From a virus: a DNA stretch of 64,000 nt. Location of the stretch: IMG/VR virus record IMGVR_UViG_3300021961_010439, positions 15,638 to 79,637 of that record; one strand, given 5' to 3'. Below, one piece after another: positions 29,527-39,937 of the stretch. Position 1 is the stretch's first letter. Every line of letters starts with the position of its first letter. Both the position numbers and the translations under genes were made by a program. The notes under the pieces are model-generated. The model searched no databases. It saw only the letters and a list, made by a program, of their open reading frames with translations, and was not told the origin of the DNA.

Positions 29527-30356
29527 ATTTTTCCTTTATTTTTATATGTATTATACATCAACTTTATACTATTTTCAAGACCAAGGTACTGAATATGTGT
29601 TTCAACATATTGCCCAATATAATCTTTATCTAAAATACTAGATGGATATTCATATTTTATATTAACTTTATGAGTATCAAGGTTATTTATTATCTGAGCA
29701 ATATCAGATAGTTTTACCTTTTGCTTATAGCAACAATCAAAAAGCTTTGGTATATTATTTGAATCAAGAAAAAAATGTATCAATTGCGCCAAATCACCAA
29801 CGAAGAAAAAATCCATTTTTCTATCTTTATGAATTATAATGTCTTCATTATTAATATATTTGATAATATTACCTCTAATCATCCTATCGGGCTCTTCGTC
29901 TAGGCCAAAACAATTGTAAATTCTAAAATTACATAATTTTGGTTCATCAGCAGAGATTTTATCTATAATGCTTTTTGATAATCCATATGGATCAATAGGA
30001 TATCTATTAATAGCCTGTGGATTAATATCATATCTTCTATCTAATTCTGCTCCGGACCCGAAAGATATAATGCATTGGTAGTAATTTTGATTACGTAATA
30101 AATTATATAACATTAAGATATTATTATATACTATATCATTGGTATCATGAATATTTCTTCGACCACCCTGAATAGCTGTATGAATAACAAGGTCAAAAAA
30201 TACTTTTTTATTAGCAAAGTAATTATTAACAGAATCGCTATCTAATAGATTAATGTCGTCTCTTGTTAATGTGTATATATTATACTTATAAGATCTTAAT
30301 ATTTTACAAAGATTTCTTCCTATAAATCCATCTGAACCAGTAATTAGAATATTCAT
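29523..30356 (-). CDS. NAD-dependent epimerase/dehydratase (NDP-sugar reductase)
   Basis: ITGSDGFIG and YGLSK extended-SDR motifs. Confidence 0.9.
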   Translation of the reverse strand: MNILITGSDGFIGRNLCKILRSYKYNIYTLTRDDINLLDSDSVNNYFANKKVFFDLVIHTAIQGGRRNIHDTNDIVYNNILMLYNLLRNQNYYQCIISFGSGAELDRRYDINPQAINRYPIDPYGLSKSIIDKISADEPKLCNFRIYNCFGLDEEPDRMIRGNIIKYINNEDIIIHKDRKMDFFFVGDLAQLIHFFLDSNNIPKLFDCCYKQKVKLSDIAQIINNLDTHKVNIKYEYPSSILDKDYIGQYVETHIQYLGLENSIKLMYNTYKNKGKI

Positions 30357-30359
30357 GTA

Positions 30360-30926
30360 TCACCTAGAAGCATATACAAGATTACATATATTATATACTC
30401 TAGGATAAAATGTACAAACAGTATTTATCTTAAAATCTAGCTTATCAAGCTTTTTAATTATATGATTCAACAAATCTTTATTATGGGTCTCTATTGCAAC
30501 ATGTTTTAATGTTGGAAAACTACTATCTGAATTAATAAAATGAATTTCTTCACCTTCTATATCCATTTTTAATGAAGTTATATTATAAGAATCGATATAG
30601 TGATTTACTTTATTTGAAGAGTCTATAGCATCGTGATAAAAGCTATGTAATGGAAATAGTTTTTTAAACGTTGCGATGTCGTTATATTCAGTATCAACAC
30701 CAATAATTTTAGCGGCTTGTTTTTTGATAAAATATTTAGGAGTAGAATCCCATCCAGGTTCAATCATATGAAATCCACAGCCCAAATCCAAGACTATTTC
30801 GTCTTTAACTGGTAATAGATTCCAGTGATGATCTGGGTGTTCTGATTCTATATGAGCATGTTTTATGTTTGGAAATTGTAAAAATATTTCCGGATATAAA
30901 AAATTTTCTAGTACTTTATTTGACAT
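30360..30926 (-). CDS. FkbM-like SAM methyltransferase
   Basis: VLDLGCG, LKMDIEGEE and IETH motifs. Confidence 0.75.
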   Translation of the reverse strand: MSNKVLENFLYPEIFLQFPNIKHAHIESEHPDHHWNLLPVKDEIVLDLGCGFHMIEPGWDSTPKYFIKKQAAKIIGVDTEYNDIATFKKLFPLHSFYHDAIDSSNKVNHYIDSYNITSLKMDIEGEEIHFINSDSSFPTLKHVAIETHNKDLLNHIIKKLDKLDFKINTVCTFYPRVYNICNLVYASR

Positions 30927-30928
30927 AA

Positions 30929-31684
30929 TTATTTTTTCCTAAAAACTGCTAGATAGTTAACATTATTTTTGTCTAATACCATTTCTATTAATTCAAAATT
31001 ATTTTGTAAATCTTCATTTTGTCGATCATGTAAAAAGTGAGATTTAATAATGCCATTATGTTCTGACATCAGTAGATCTTCTGTTAGTAGTGAATTATCA
31101 TATTTAAATTTACCTCTAGTATATCTAGGATTTTGTAAATCTTCCATAAAATAATATCCACCAGATCTTATCATGTCTCTAGATTGCCATAAGCTTACTA
31201 TCATATGATTAGGCCAATGACTACCATCTTCTACAAAAAAATCAAAATCTTTTGGACATTCGTTTTTAAGTTCATTCCAATCACAAAAATTTCCCTGATC
31301 GGCATAAACAAAATTTACTCCCCAACTATTTATCATTTCTATTTCATTAATTCTATCTTTCAGATATGTGCCCCAAAAATTATCTACTCCATATAAATCT
31401 ATATTTTTAAAGTATGATAACCACAATTTAGGAGAAGCATATGGAAACCTTTTATCACAAATACCTATTTCAAAAAGCTTAATAGATTTTTCTCTATATT
31501 CGTGCATATATTTTTCATATGTTTTGGTATATCCCATACACACATGTTCTGGCCAATCCTTACCCCAAGACAATAAATTTTTATCAGCATCTCCCTTGTC
31601 TGTTTCTAATAAATTGGCTATTTCTGTTAGACATTTAGTATTATCATAAAAATTATTATTTGATGTTTTGGGAAATAGTTTCAT
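30929..31684 (-). CDS. Class I SAM sugar O-methyltransferase-like protein
   Basis: TDKG, FEIGI, YGVD, ADQG, EDGSH and GGYYFMED motifs. Confidence 0.8.
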   Translation of the reverse strand: MKLFPKTSNNNFYDNTKCLTEIANLLETDKGDADKNLLSWGKDWPEHVCMGYTKTYEKYMHEYREKSIKLFEIGICDKRFPYASPKLWLSYFKNIDLYGVDNFWGTYLKDRINEIEMINSWGVNFVYADQGNFCDWNELKNECPKDFDFFVEDGSHWPNHMIVSLWQSRDMIRSGGYYFMEDLQNPRYTRGKFKYDNSLLTEDLLMSEHNGIIKSHFLHDRQNEDLQNNFELIEMVLDKNNVNYLAVFRKK

Positions 31685-31692
31685 AAAAGTCC

Positions 31693-33471
31693 TTAAATAT
31701 TTAGGTCTATTGGAGAAATTAATAAATTAGCTAAAAATTCTTCTCTGTCTAAAAATGGAGCAAGATCTTCCATGGGTCTTGTTTCAAAACTACCATCAGC
31801 TTTTTTATATACCGAGGCTTTTGGCATAGTTTTATGATTTTGGTCCACTAATAATTCACATATAATTGGTCCTTCTGTATTTAAAACATTTTCCAGTTCT
31901 TCTGCGAGATTAGCTTGATTCTTAATCAAAACATATGGTATATTATATGCAAATGCATTTTTTTCTATAGAAGGTAGTGTCAATCCGCTTGCTGGATCGC
32001 TTGCTATTACTCTTCCTCCAAAATGAGTATTTTGTGTTGTTCTAATAGATCCGTATCCATTATTGTTAAGAACAAAAAATTTGATAGGTAAATTATATCT
32101 ATGTACTAATTCAAGTTCTTGAATATTCATAAAAAATCCACCATCACCATCAATAGAAATGGTAGTTTTTTTATTATTAGCTAAACATCCACCAATAGCT
32201 GCTGGTATTCCAAATCCCATAGATCCTAAACCTTCGCTATTATATATTCTAGTTTTATTTTTAACCCTAAAAGCCTGCATTGTAACTTCACTACAAGCAC
32301 CAGAACTACCAGGAACTAATAATGATTCTTCTGGTAATAGATCGGATAGATAATGAATAAATGCATAATTATTAACTCTTGGAAAAGATGGGTCCAAATA
32401 TTCTGGTAATATTACTGGATATTTATTATATAGATTTTTACAAAATAATAGCCACTCATCTATTTCTAGTTTGTTAATTAAATCATTTATGGATGAGAAA
32501 AAAACTTTAGCATCCATTGGTACTGGATATTCAATTTCGCAGGTTAGTTTATTTATCTCATTTGGATCGACATCTACTATACATTTCTTCGCCTCTCTTG
32601 CAAAATACTTATGCTGATATGCTAACTGACCATGGTCTAATCTAGCTCCAACACAAATAATAAAATCAGAATTTTGTTGATTAAAATTAGCTCCTCTTTG
32701 ACCGACTCCTCCAGGTCTGCCAACAAATTGAGGATGATCATCAGCGAGTAAATCCATCATTTTCCATGATGTCAAGACTGGTATGTTTGTTTTTTGAATA
32801 AATTCCAAACATGATGGTATACTATCGGATAATCTAACTCCATTTCCAACTAGCAGTATTGGACGTTTAGCTTTTGTAAGATCTTCTTTTATCTTTGATA
32901 TAATACTAGTATCATAATTAAGTTTTGGTGGATTGAATCCTAACAGACTATCAACATCAATTTCTGTTGATTGTATATCCAAAGGGATATCTAATAATAC
33001 AGGTCCGGGGCGTTCGTGAGTTGCCAACCATATAGCTTTTTCTAAATGATACCTTATATCTTTGGCATAATCAACCGTTATAGCATATTTAGTTATTGAT
33101 TTATATATCTTAACAGTATCTATTTCTTGAAATCCTAACTGTCTAATGCCAAGATTTTTGGCCCTATCTTTATTTTGTACTTGTCCAGATATAATTAAAA
33201 CAGGTATAGAGTCTAGCCAAGCAGATGCTATTCCTGTAACAGCGTTTGTTGCTCCGGGTCCAGTAGTTACTAATAGTGCAGAAAGAGAATTGGATTTTTG
33301 AGCATATGATTCTGCTGCTATAGACGCAGACTGTTCGTGTAAAACTGGTATTAATTCAATTTTTGATTTGCTAAAAGAGTCTACTAAATGTATACATCCA
33401 CCGCCGGGCAAAAGAAATAGATGTTTTATATAACCCTCCAACACCTGAACTATATAGTCTGATAATTTCAT
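31693..33471 (-). CDS. TPP-dependent acetolactate synthase-like enzyme (YerE-like, NDP-sugar branching)
   Basis: HEQSA, TTGPGATN, RPGPVLLDIPLD and GDGG...NN TPP motif; located in a sugar cluster. Confidence 0.85.
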   Translation of the reverse strand: MKLSDYIVQVLEGYIKHLFLLPGGGCIHLVDSFSKSKIELIPVLHEQSASIAAESYAQKSNSLSALLVTTGPGATNAVTGIASAWLDSIPVLIISGQVQNKDRAKNLGIRQLGFQEIDTVKIYKSITKYAITVDYAKDIRYHLEKAIWLATHERPGPVLLDIPLDIQSTEIDVDSLLGFNPPKLNYDTSIISKIKEDLTKAKRPILLVGNGVRLSDSIPSCLEFIQKTNIPVLTSWKMMDLLADDHPQFVGRPGGVGQRGANFNQQNSDFIICVGARLDHGQLAYQHKYFAREAKKCIVDVDPNEINKLTCEIEYPVPMDAKVFFSSINDLINKLEIDEWLLFCKNLYNKYPVILPEYLDPSFPRVNNYAFIHYLSDLLPEESLLVPGSSGACSEVTMQAFRVKNKTRIYNSEGLGSMGFGIPAAIGGCLANNKKTTISIDGDGGFFMNIQELELVHRYNLPIKFFVLNNNGYGSIRTTQNTHFGGRVIASDPASGLTLPSIEKNAFAYNIPYVLIKNQANLAEELENVLNTEGPIICELLVDQNHKTMPKASVYKKADGSFETRPMEDLAPFLDREEFLANLLISPIDLNI

Positions 33472-34982
33472 AGCCAATAGGTCACTAGGGTTTTCCTGTT
33501 ACAATTTGTATTTATAGACTCATCTGTATAGTATGAATCGGTGGAATCGTGTCTAGTAGAGACTTCTTCAATAATACAACCATTAACAGTATAAAAACTA
33601 TGTCTAACTCCTGGTTCTATAGTTGCATTATCTCCTGTGTACAGAATTTTTTCTACTCCGTTTAGAGATAATATAACATCTCCATATAATACAATAAAAG
33701 TTTCTTCTTTATGTTTATGATATTGTTCTGGATGATTTTGGTTAGGTAATAAGATTAATAATTTTTTACAATACTCTCTATTAACAACAGTAATCATTGT
33801 TAAGCCAGTTTTATCAAATTGATCTATACCATAATGATGTGAAATTTCTAGATCGGCTTGTCCTGGATAAACAATTTTTGCTTCTGATATAAAACCTTTA
33901 ATTTTTTGTACTATATTCCATATTTTTTCTCTTGTATTAACTATAGAAATATCAGATTTTAGTAGTGGCTCATTGGTGTGTATATCTTTTAGACATATAG
34001 TATTATTATATTTTGACATATCATTAGCTAATAATTGATTGGCTTCAGATGGCCAAGCAAAAAACACATTATTCTTTGATATTGTAGAATTGATAGTTAG
34101 ATTATTTTTAACAAACACACCTCTTTTGAATTGTAGTAGGTCAGATTTTTCTTTTTCAGAAATATCATGTCTTTGTCCAGAAATACCACAAATTTCTATA
34201 GCTTTTTTTGTTTTATTTAACCATTCTATCATTTGCTCTGGATTTAAAGAATATGCGTTAATACTATATTTAGCATTATATAGAGCAACGTGTTTTTCTA
34301 TTACTGACACTCCCTTTGCAACTGCTATCATTACGGCATCTGTTTCGTTAGGCTCTTCGTGTGTAGAATAACCAATTGGAATATTAATATATCTATTTCT
34401 AAGCAAATCTATTTGATTTAATTGCAATCTATCATGACTAGTAGGATACTCTCCCACACAATGCATTAGTGTAATGTTTTGGTTTCTATGCACCATAAAA
34501 CTAACAACACTGTCTATATCGCTTAAAGATGAACCAGCTGTAGATAAAATGATTTTTTTATTATATCTTACATTTGTTTCTACTATTTTATTTAGTAATG
34601 GCCAATCAGTAAAAGAACAACTAGCCACTTTAATAATATCAAAGTTCATATTAAAAACATTATCAACAGAAATTTCATCAAATGCTGTACACATTGTTAT
34701 GAAACCACTGGATTGAGCAATATTTTTTAATTGAGCAAAGTCCGATTGTGGAAGATTGGTTTCTAAAAATCTTTTAACATATTTATGCTCTAGATTATTT
34801 TTATATTTTGGGTGTATAAACGTATCTAAATTTCTAAACTGAAATTTCCATGCAAAATCAAAAGTATCTTTAAAAGTATTTAGTATTTTTGCATATTCAT
34901 TGATCATATTTTGAGCATGATTGATATCTCCCATATGATTATTAGCCATCTCAAATATGATTAAAATTTTGTTAGTATTCAT
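33468..34982 (-). CDS. NeuB/SpsE-family nonulosonate synthase with SAF and C-terminal cupin domains
   Basis: EMANNHMGD, KFQ, KVAS, MHCVGEYPT, GYSTH and IEKH motifs; cupin HPEQYHKHKEETF...H. Confidence 0.88.
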   Translation of the reverse strand: MNTNKILIIFEMANNHMGDINHAQNMINEYAKILNTFKDTFDFAWKFQFRNLDTFIHPKYKNNLEHKYVKRFLETNLPQSDFAQLKNIAQSSGFITMCTAFDEISVDNVFNMNFDIIKVASCSFTDWPLLNKIVETNVRYNKKIILSTAGSSLSDIDSVVSFMVHRNQNITLMHCVGEYPTSHDRLQLNQIDLLRNRYINIPIGYSTHEEPNETDAVMIAVAKGVSVIEKHVALYNAKYSINAYSLNPEQMIEWLNKTKKAIEICGISGQRHDISEKEKSDLLQFKRGVFVKNNLTINSTISKNNVFFAWPSEANQLLANDMSKYNNTICLKDIHTNEPLLKSDISIVNTREKIWNIVQKIKGFISEAKIVYPGQADLEISHHYGIDQFDKTGLTMITVVNREYCKKLLILLPNQNHPEQYHKHKEETFIVLYGDVILSLNGVEKILYTGDNATIEPGVRHSFYTVNGCIIEEVSTRHDSTDSYYTDESINTNCNRKTLVTYWL

Positions 34983-34986
34983 AGTT

Positions 34987-35301
34987 TTAGGTTATTTGTT
35001 TAAAAAAGTCATTAAAGTCTAAAACATTTATATTTTTATCATCAATAAACACATCATAGTATGGCTTGCCAAAAAGAAGATCATGATATTTTACTTCCCA
35101 CAATCTAAATTGATCTTTTGTTATAGTTGACCAATCTTTACCACTAATAGTACCTCTCGCTGTCCAATATATAATAGTATGTCCTTGGTCGTATAGGGCA
35201 TTTGCTTTTTCAATATTTTCTTTTATAGGAGTACTTTTAGTATAATCCGATTTATCTGGGGTTTTGCAGATTGTGTCGTCTATGTCTATGTATATGATCA
35301 T
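34987..35301 (-). CDS. HAD-family phosphatase (capsule biosynthesis type)
   Basis: DIDDT, WTARG and KP..DVFIDDK motifs. Confidence 0.88.
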   Translation of the reverse strand: MIIYIDIDDTICKTPDKSDYTKSTPIKENIEKANALYDQGHTIIYWTARGTISGKDWSTITKDQFRLWEVKYHDLLFGKPYYDVFIDDKNINVLDFNDFFKQIT

Positions 35302-35894
35302 ACTTTTTTACAAATTACTTGATAATCTGACCATAAAATTTCATAAAAAGAATTGTATATATGTATAAAATAGTCTATTGCTATTTTTGGATAAATATGT
35401 TCATTTGTATCTTTCCATAAATAATCATCAAAAATTAATAATCCATATTGTTTTAGTAATCTATGACAAAGTACAGCATCTTCTAATATATTATGTGCTT
35501 TATGAGATCCATCTATATAAATGATATTATATGTGGGTTTTAAATCTAGTTTTCTTAGTATAGAATGAGATTCTCCAATATAAATATTTACTTTATTTTT
35601 GTGCTTATGAATATTATATTTGAATCTATCTAAGAGATTTTCTAAATCTAAAGTCTTCATACCTAATTCAGAATTAGATCCATTGAATGTATCAATAACA
35701 TCTATTCGACACGTATCGTGTGTAAGAACATTATCTAATAAATATGTTGTTGCTCTACCTTCAAAACAGCCTATTTCTAAACATTTTAAATCCGACATTC
35801 CTATAAAATTATTATCTCTAAAAAATCTTTCCCATATTGGTATATTATAACTGAACCAATCTGTAGTGAATATATAATTATCTTTATCTAGCAT
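35298..35894 (-). CDS. Class I SAM methyltransferase (Methyltransf_24-like)
   Basis: LEIGCFEG, IDTF, IYIDGSH and FDDY motifs. Confidence 0.87.
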   Translation of the reverse strand: MLDKDNYIFTTDWFSYNIPIWERFFRDNNFIGMSDLKCLEIGCFEGRATTYLLDNVLTHDTCRIDVIDTFNGSNSELGMKTLDLENLLDRFKYNIHKHKNKVNIYIGESHSILRKLDLKPTYNIIYIDGSHKAHNILEDAVLCHRLLKQYGLLIFDDYLWKDTNEHIYPKIAIDYFIHIYNSFYEILWSDYQVICKKV

Positions 35895-35897
35895 AAT

Positions 35898-36851
35898 TTA
35901 CCAAATAAAGTTTTTTGTATAATGATCAACTATAGGACCTATTTCATTTTCAAACTTTTTATATGTTTTCCATCCTAATGATTTTAATTTATCATCATTA
36001 AGAGCGTATCTGATATCTTGACCTGGACGAGATAAGGAAAAATCTATATACTTCTCATATTCTGTGACATTTCCATATATATGTCTAATTATAGTTTTTA
36101 TAGTGTCAATATTTTTTTGTTCAAAACCACCAGCAATATTATATATTTCATTGATTGTGCCAGACTCTATAATTCTTATTATTGCTTCTGTCGTATCAGA
36201 AACATGCAACCAATTACGAATTGGTTCTCCATAATTATGGACAGGAATTTTTTTTCCTAATAACAAATATTTACATGTTTTAGGAATAAGTTTTTCTACA
36301 TACTGGCCAATCCCATAATTATTTGTTGGTCTAACTATTATATATGGTAAATTATATGTTCGTGCCCATGCTAGTATTAACATATCTGCAGCAGCTTTTG
36401 TAGCAGAATATGGGTTGCTTGGTTTTAATAGATCTTTTTCAGTATGAGCTCCATTATCTATGTCTCCATATACCTCATCGGTACTAAAATGTAAAAAAAT
36501 AGGCTTATAAGAAGATTCAGCCCTATAGTTTTTTAATAGTTCTAACAGATTATAGACCCCATCTATATTAGACTTTGTAAAATCTTTGCTTTTTGTAATA
36601 GAATTGCCTACATGCGTCTCTGCTGCAACATTAATAAAATAATCACATTCATATAAAAATTCTATATGATTAATGTCTTTATGTTCAAATATAAAATTTG
36701 GATATTGATTAAATTCTTTTAACAGTTCTGGATTAGCGGCGTATGTTATTTTATCGATACCCCTTACATACCATCCTTTTTGTAGAATGGTTCTGGTAAT
36801 ATAAGATCCTATAAATCCTAAACAACCAGTAATATAACAGATTTTTTTCAT
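35898..36851 (-). CDS. rfbB: dTDP-glucose 4,6-dehydratase-like protein
   Basis: GCLGFIG, DKITYAA, AAETHV, STDEVYG, YSATKA and RPGQDIRY motifs. Confidence 0.88.
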   Translation of the reverse strand: MKKICYITGCLGFIGSYITRTILQKGWYVRGIDKITYAANPELLKEFNQYPNFIFEHKDINHIEFLYECDYFINVAAETHVGNSITKSKDFTKSNIDGVYNLLELLKNYRAESSYKPIFLHFSTDEVYGDIDNGAHTEKDLLKPSNPYSATKAAADMLILAWARTYNLPYIIVRPTNNYGIGQYVEKLIPKTCKYLLLGKKIPVHNYGEPIRNWLHVSDTTEAIIRIIESGTINEIYNIAGGFEQKNIDTIKTIIRHIYGNVTEYEKYIDFSLSRPGQDIRYALNDDKLKSLGWKTYKKFENEIGPIVDHYTKNFIW

Positions 36852-37672
36852 TACAAAGCTATCCAGTTTTGAGGATAATAATTACCATTAATAACTGTAG
36901 CTAATTCGTGGTTATTTACATAATTTTTTGGACAAATTACTATTTTATTGGGATTTTTATTTAAATAAGCCGCCCACCAACTAAAAGAACTATTTGCTAT
37001 TATATTATGATCACATAAACTCATCAAACATAAATCAATATAATCACTATTTTTATCTATATATGAAATATTATGATGTAATTGATTTAAATTAGTTTTG
37101 CACCACTCTATATCATTCGAAAAGATTAAAAGTTGATAATCTTGCAAGTTACCAATTCTATCCAACGCTTTGGCATAGTATTCAAAATTAAGCTGAGTAT
37201 AAAAACTATGTTGAGGTAATAAATAATCTCCTCTGCGAACATGGATACTGATTGTTTTTGTACTATTTTTTATTGATGTTATTTGATTGTTTGCTTGTTC
37301 TAGTATCTCATCATCAAACTCTATTTTATCCACCATATTTTTGATATGCTGATACCAGTAGTGATATAGATCAAATCTAGCCATAAATGCATAATTTGTA
37401 TCTGTATTAAGATTAAAAACGTTATTATCAACTATAACATAGTTATTGATGCCAACAAAAGTAAATTTTTCGATATAAGAATCATCTATTATTGAAATAT
37501 TTGTTTTTAATAGTTTGGCAAATTTGAATCCAAATCCTTTATTTAGAGACGCTTTTGGAAATACAAGAGTTTTATTATTGATTTTAGCAATTGATTCTAA
37601 TGCAAAATATTGTTGAATTTGAGAACCAAGGTTTCCAACTTCTCCTATTAAAGGCATTGTTATATAGCTCAT
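36851..37672 (-). CDS. Alpha-1,2-fucosyltransferase, GT11
   Basis: GNLGSQ, HVRRGDY, FSND and IANSSFSWWAAYL motifs. Confidence 0.9.
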   Translation of the reverse strand: MSYITMPLIGEVGNLGSQIQQYFALESIAKINNKTLVFPKASLNKGFGFKFAKLLKTNISIIDDSYIEKFTFVGINNYVIVDNNVFNLNTDTNYAFMARFDLYHYWYQHIKNMVDKIEFDDEILEQANNQITSIKNSTKTISIHVRRGDYLLPQHSFYTQLNFEYYAKALDRIGNLQDYQLLIFSNDIEWCKTNLNQLHHNISYIDKNSDYIDLCLMSLCDHNIIANSSFSWWAAYLNKNPNKIVICPKNYVNNHELATVINGNYYPQNWIAL

Positions 37673-39033
37673 TTATTCTCCAATATAAATTGATCGAGCA
37701 TATTTTCTATATAATCTAATTGATCACTTGTAATACCAGGATATACTCCTAAAAAGAATGTATCTGTTGTAGATTTAGTCGCAATAGGAAATTCTTTTGC
37801 TGGGTCATTATATTCTACTGCTAAATCAGCATAAGCAGGATGAAATAAAGCATTACCAGTAAAGTATGATCTTGTTTGAATTTTTTTACTTTCTAGATAG
37901 GATACTATCTTAGCTTTTGTAAATGGACAATTATCTTTCAATGTTACAAGAAATCCGAACCATGAAACATCAGCCTTATCAAATTTATTTGGAAGCATAA
38001 AGTATTCATTATACTTATTAAATATTGTATATAGCCTATTAAAATTATTTTTTCTTTTAGAATGCATAATATCTAATTTTTTAATTTGCTCTAAGCCCAT
38101 AGCGGCTTGCATCTCTGTTGGTTTTAAATTATATCCTATTTCATCGAACACATAACGATGATCATAAATAATATCTGGTCTATATTTAAACCAACTATTA
38201 AATCTTGTGCCACATGCTGTGCCACACGTTACATCGCCGGGTTTTTTAGTATTACAATAACATGCCCTACCCCAATCTCTTAAACTGGATACAACAATTC
38301 TTTCTTTAGGAGAGTTTACTCCAACATATCCTCCTTCTCCCATAGTCATATGATGAGCAGGAAAAAATGAGCAGCTAGATAAATGTCCAAAAAATCCTAA
38401 TGGTTTATTGTCCCAAGTAGAACCTAGAGCGTCGCAAGAATCTTCTAAGAATATAAGATCATATTTTTTAACTAAATCCATAACTCTATCCATATCGGGC
38501 GGATTACCCAATACATGAGCAAATATTAGTCCTTTAATTTTTTTATCTTTATCTTCTCGTAACTTTTGTTCAACTTGATCTAAATTTAGATTTAAAGATG
38601 GTAATGTAACATCCACAAATACTGGCTTGAAACCATTTTGAATAATAGGATTAATAGTTGTAGGAAAACACACTACAGACGTTATAAATTCCGATCCCGA
38701 TGGTAGATTAAAAAGCCTCTTAGACTTGCAGGCGGCGAGCATTAAAAGATTCGCTGAGGAACCTGAGTTAGTTAAAACTCCATCTGTTTTGCCTAAATAA
38801 GGAGCAAAAGTAGTCTCAAACTCCCTAGCCTTTGCTCCTAAGATTAACCACTCATCAAGTAAACTATCAATAGCTGCAACATATTCATTATGATCAAAAT
38901 AAGGTCCAGAGTAATTTACCCAATTTTTGTTCGGAATCCAAATTTTATCATATTTTTTCTTTTGTTTAATAAAAGACTTAATTAGTTGGAGTATTAGTTG
39001 TTTTTTGGTTTTTAGCCAAAATTTGTTGAACAT
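37669..39033 (-). CDS. rfbH: CDP-4-keto-6-deoxyglucose 3-dehydratase (RfbH/DdhC, E1)
   Basis: NSGSSANL, EDSCDALG, SFFPAHHMTMGEGG (His at the usual PLP Lys position) and DWGRACYC...C Fe-S motif. Confidence 0.88.
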   Translation of the reverse strand: MFNKFWLKTKKQLILQLIKSFIKQKKKYDKIWIPNKNWVNYSGPYFDHNEYVAAIDSLLDEWLILGAKAREFETTFAPYLGKTDGVLTNSGSSANLLMLAACKSKRLFNLPSGSEFITSVVCFPTTINPIIQNGFKPVFVDVTLPSLNLNLDQVEQKLREDKDKKIKGLIFAHVLGNPPDMDRVMDLVKKYDLIFLEDSCDALGSTWDNKPLGFFGHLSSCSFFPAHHMTMGEGGYVGVNSPKERIVVSSLRDWGRACYCNTKKPGDVTCGTACGTRFNSWFKYRPDIIYDHRYVFDEIGYNLKPTEMQAAMGLEQIKKLDIMHSKRKNNFNRLYTIFNKYNEYFMLPNKFDKADVSWFGFLVTLKDNCPFTKAKIVSYLESKKIQTRSYFTGNALFHPAYADLAVEYNDPAKEFPIATKSTTDTFFLGVYPGITSDQLDYIENMLDQFILENK

Positions 39034-39937
39034 AATTATTATATATCCTTGGAATAGTGTCTTTAAAAGATGAAAAATTAAAAGAACCTATAGATTGTTT
39101 CATTAAATCTATTGATACGTCTTTTCTATACTGACCATCTGGTTTTGTAGAATTATACTCGATAGTCCAATTATTTTTGCCTAAAATTGATAATATCTCT
39201 TTAGCCATATAGTCTATACTAAGATTACTATCATCGGGGGCAACATTAAAACTATGTTGTATATTTTTTTCAACCATTAATTTAATAATTTTACTTAAGT
39301 CGCCAGCATACATAAACTGTCTCATTGGTTTACCAGTACCGAATAATTCTATAAAACACTTATTATTTATTTCAGCTTGAGCAATTTTGTATAATAAGGA
39401 TGTTATGAAGTGCATTTTTGTAGTGTTGTGTAATATATCGAATTCGCTATATAAATTACATGGAAAAATATAATTATAACAAGTTCCTAATTGTTTATTT
39501 GCAGCATCAATCTGTACACTCATATTTCTTTTTGCATAAGAATATGCAAAATTAGCTTTTGATGGTGGGCCATCATGTAAATTATTTTCTTTCATTGGAT
39601 ACTCTGACACTATGTCTGGATATGCGCATGTGCTGGATATCGCAATAAGTCTTGGAATTTTACTATTAATAGCTGCTTTAATAATATTAGTATTTATAAT
39701 AGTATTTTGTTCAAAAAAATCGTATGGAGAAGATAAATTATCTTCTATCCCTCCCACTTTAGCAGCAGCATGAATGATAAAATCTGGTCTATGTATATTA
39801 AGATATGTGTTAATTTCATTAATTTCATAAAGATTAAGTTCTTTGCGTGAAGGAAATAGTGCTAGTGGAAATTCTTCTTTTAGGTGGCTACCTAGCATAC
39901 CACTTCCGCCAGTAACTAAAATTTTAGATTGTTTCAT
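38978..39937 (-). CDS. fcl: GDP-L-fucose synthase-like protein
   Basis: TGGSGMLG, AAKVGGI, SSTCAYP, YSYAKR, PCNLY and KPDGQYRK motifs. Confidence 0.87.
   Translation of the reverse strand: MKQSKILVTGGSGMLGSHLKEEFPLALFPSRKELNLYEINEINTYLNIHRPDFIIHAAAKVGGIEDNLSSPYDFFEQNTIINTNIIKAAINSKIPRLIAISSTCAYPDIVSEYPMKENNLHDGPPSKANFAYSYAKRNMSVQIDAANKQLGTCYNYIFPCNLYSEFDILHNTTKMHFITSLLYKIAQAEINNKCFIELFGTGKPMRQFMYAGDLSKIIKLMVEKNIQHSFNVAPDDSNLSIDYMAKEILSILGKNNWTIEYNSTKPDGQYRKDVSIDLMKQSIGSFNFSSFKDTIPRIYNNYVQQILAKNQKTTNTPTN

Noticed and set aside
31693-33471. Branched-chain amino acid biosynthesis (ilvB)
   Set aside because: No ilvH/N, ilvC or ilvD is nearby, and the gene is embedded in an NDP-sugar cluster with RfbH.
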